A stretch of 1,389 bases of DNA, taken from the sequence record OR845984.1. One strand, given 5' to 3'. Every line of letters begins with the position of its first letter. The stretch's first letter is position 1. A program made the translations under genes and the position numbers. The notes under the pieces were generated by a model. It saw only the letters and a list, made by a program, of their open reading frames with translations, did not search any database and had not been told where the DNA came from. This stretch comes from a phage. This document shows, piece by piece, positions 1 to 1,389 of the stretch.

Positions 1-1
1 G

Positions 2-1051
2 CGTGAACATCGCTGCCGTCTGGTTACACTGCCGCACAAAGATATCAACGAATGCCTGATGAACGGCGTCGCTGAGGATGAAATCTGGCAGTACATCGGT
101 ACAGCGTCATATTTCGACCCCGAAGAGCTTTACAGCGCCCGTGAGTTTTATCAGGACACCATCAATGCTTTCTACGGCAAGCAGCAGTATCTGTTTAACC
201 CACCGTGGGAAACGCTGGCTTACAACTTCCAGTTCCGTGAGGCGGAGTTAACGCTTGTCAATGGCGTGAACGGTCACGGAAAAACGGAGGTTGTCGGGCA
301 TATGGCACTTGAGGCCATGAGACAGGGGATAAAAACATGCGTCGCATCGCTTGAACTGAAGCCCGGGATTCTGCTTAAACGCCTGACCCGGCAGTCTACA
401 TGTTGCAAAATGCCGCCAGTTCTGGAAATCGAATCAGCATTTAAGTTTTACGATGACCGGCTCTGGTTATTTGGCCTGACAGGTACAGCCAAGGCTGAAC
501 GCCTGATTGAAATTTTCACATACGCCAGACGGCGATACGGCATCCAGTTATTCATCATCGACAGCCTCATGAAGTGCGGTATTGGCGATGACGATTACAA
601 CGGGCAAAAGGCGTTTGTTGACGCGCTGTGCGACTTCAAGAATAAAACCAACTCTCACATTATTCTCGTCACTCACTCCAGAAAGGGAGACAGCGAGGAG
701 AAACCTACCGGAAAGATGGACGTAAAAGGCTCAGGAGCGATTACAGACCTGACAGATAACCTGTTTATCATCTGGCGCAATAAAGCTCGCGAGAGAGCGT
801 TACAGCGCGTTCAGGCTGGCGAGCAAATTAACGAGAAAGACCAGCAACTTCTTGCTTCGCCCGCATCTGTTTTAATGCTTGAGAAGCAGCGGAACGGGGA
901 GGGGTGGGAAGGTGGCGTGCCGTTATTTCTTGACGAACAGTCTCACCAGTTCCTGCAAATGGAAGGTGCATCACCATACAACTACATAGCTAACATGCCT
1001 AAGTCGGAGTATGACGAAGTGTGGAGGCAGGAGAATGTTACGGAGTACTGA
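2..1051 (+). CDS. 5'-truncated bifunctional DNA primase-helicase (T7 gp4-like): C-terminal end of a TOPRIM primase domain followed by a complete DnaB-family SF4 helicase domain
   Basis: Open frame from nt 2 with no stop before the ATG at 59, so the gene starts upstream of the window. Stop TGA at 1049-1051. Helicase motifs read directly from the translation: Walker A GVNGHGKT (nt 263-286); H1a SLEL with the catalytic Glu (nt 347-358, cf. DnaB SLEM); Walker B LFIIDSL (Asp at nt 560-562); H3 ILVTHSRK (His at nt 674-676); H4 KGSGAITDLTDNLFIIWRN (nt 725-781, cf. DnaB RGSGSIEQDADLIMFIYR); arginine-finger region EKQRNG (nt 884-898, cf. DnaB AKQRNG). The first visible residues LPHKDINECLMNG (nt 29-67) resemble the end of the T7 gp4 TOPRIM domain (LP-x-KD-x-NEC-x-x-NG, recalled from memory), and the roughly 80-residue spacing to the Walker A lysine matches gp4. 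Confidence 0.85.
   Translation, partial: REHRCRLVTLPHKDINECLMNGVAEDEIWQYIGTASYFDPEELYSAREFYQDTINAFYGKQQYLFNPPWETLAYNFQFREAELTLVNGVNGHGKTEVVGHMALEAMRQGIKTCVASLELKPGILLKRLTRQSTCCKMPPVLEIESAFKFYDDRLWLFGLTGTAKAERLIEIFTYARRRYGIQLFIIDSLMKCGIGDDDYNGQKAFVDALCDFKNKTNSHIILVTHSRKGDSEEKPTGKMDVKGSGAITDLTDNLFIIWRNKARERALQRVQAGEQINEKDQQLLASPASVLMLEKQRNGEGWEGGVPLFLDEQSHQFLQMEGASPYNYIANMPKSEYDEVWRQENVTEY
1042..1045 (+). promoter_or_regulatory. Shine-Dalgarno (GGAG) for ORF2, lying inside the 3' end of the helicase gene
   Basis: GGAG at nt 1042-1045, 6 nt upstream of the ATG at 1052; the helicase stop TGA (1049-1051) is immediately followed by that ATG (TGAATG), consistent with translational coupling. Confidence 0.5.
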
Positions 1052-1330
1052 ATGAACAACCAAATAATACCTGAAATGCTTTTGAATCCCCGCTTCATTG
1101 CTGTTTTGAACAGATGTATCGACGAAGAAGAGCTCATTATGCAATTTGAAAGGTTGTCAGGTGTCACTCGACCACCAAAGGGGCAACATCCAATAGAGCT
1201 GATGGTTGATAAAGCGACAGGATTTTCTGATGAGCAGTGGAAACGGTTTTTTGAAGCATTTATCCCGTTCGTCTATGAGTTTATATGGCTCACATGGAGA
1301 GACCGTGACAATGAGGAGTGCTGGCAATGA
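1052..1330 (+). CDS. hypothetical small acidic protein (92 aa), function unknown
   Basis: ATG at 1052 directly abutting the upstream stop, with an SD at appropriate spacing; uninterrupted 92-codon frame ending TGA 1328-1330. Translation has about 16 acidic versus 10 basic residues and an aromatic-rich C-terminal third (FFEAFIPFVYEFIWLTW, 4 Trp in the last 30 residues). No motif I can assign to a known family. Confidence 0.6.
   Translation: MNNQIIPEMLLNPRFIAVLNRCIDEEELIMQFERLSGVTRPPKGQHPIELMVDKATGFSDEQWKRFFEAFIPFVYEFIWLTWRDRDNEECWQ
1313..1318 (+). promoter_or_regulatory. Shine-Dalgarno (GAGGAG) for a possible third ORF
   Basis: GAGGAG at nt 1313-1318, 8 nt upstream of the ATG at 1327, which overlaps the ORF2 stop (ATGA). 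Confidence 0.4.
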
Positions 1331-1389
1331 CTATCTACATCACTGAGCTAATAACAGGCCTGCTGGTAATCGCAGGCATTTTTATTTGG
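1327..1389 (+). CDS. possible 5' end of a small membrane protein (3'-truncated by the window edge); only 21 codons visible
   Basis: ATG at 1327-1329 overlapping the ORF2 stop TGA 1328-1330, with a GAGGAG SD 8 nt upstream. Translation MTIYITELITGLLVIAGIFIW is strongly hydrophobic, consistent with an N-terminal transmembrane helix. Caveat: the same bases can form a terminator-like hairpin plus T-tract (next feature), and T-rich sequence alone yields hydrophobic codons. Confidence 0.3.
   Translation, partial: MTIYITELITGLLVIAGIFIW
1358..1387 (+). terminator. candidate weak intrinsic terminator (alternative reading of the ORF3 region)
   Basis: 6-bp stem GCCTGC (1358-1363) / GCAGGC (1372-1377), 8-nt loop TGGTAATC, then ATTTTTATTT (1378-1387), about 28 nt after the ORF2 stop. 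Stem is short and the T-tract is interrupted, so it is weak at best. Confidence 0.25.

Noticed and set aside
59-61. ATG at nt 59 as the true start of the helicase gene (as implied by the ORF track)
   Set aside because: The frame is open upstream to the window edge and the upstream residues match the end of a TOPRIM domain. No Shine-Dalgarno precedes nt 59. It is an internal methionine, not the start.
982-1167. 61-aa ORF on the minus strand
   Set aside because: It lies entirely antisense to the helicase 3' end and the ORF2 5' end, which have strong coding evidence (conserved motifs, coupled start). Its translation is Ser/Ile-rich low-complexity with no recognisable start context. Most likely a shadow ORF.
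1078-1256. Recurring TTTTGAA / TTTGAA-like words (around 1078, 1104, 1143, 1246) as possible origin iterons
   Set aside because: The copies are short, irregularly spaced and not embedded in an AT-rich, non-coding or DnaA-box context. They are consistent with chance plus Phe/Leu/Glu codon usage inside ORF2.
1-1389. CRISPR repeats, tRNA/rRNA genes, IS-element terminal inverted repeats
   Set aside because: No spaced direct repeats, no cloverleaf-compatible segments, and no inverted-repeat termini were seen. The window is essentially fully coding on the plus strand.

Overview
This 1389-bp window is one tightly packed plus-strand gene block, read by eye without any database search. (1) Nt 2-1051 is the 3' part of a gene that continues upstream of the window (no in-frame stop between nt 2 and the ATG at 59). 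It encodes a DnaB-family (SF4) replicative helicase domain with all canonical motifs, preceded by what looks like the end of a TOPRIM primase domain, so a T7 gp4-like primase-helicase typical of a phage, prophage or satellite replication module. (2) Nt 1052-1330 encodes a 92-aa acidic, aromatic-rich protein I do not recognise; its ATG directly abuts the helicase stop codon and it is noticeably more AT-rich. (3) At nt 1327 an ATG overlaps the ORF2 stop (ATGA) behind a GAGGAG Shine-Dalgarno and opens a hydrophobic reading frame that runs off the window; the same bases also fit a weak hairpin plus T-tract terminator, and the window cannot resolve which is real. No rRNA, tRNA, CRISPR array or transposon ends were seen. 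The most likely place for anything novel is the unrecognised small-gene cargo downstream of the helicase, but I cannot assign it a function from sequence alone.
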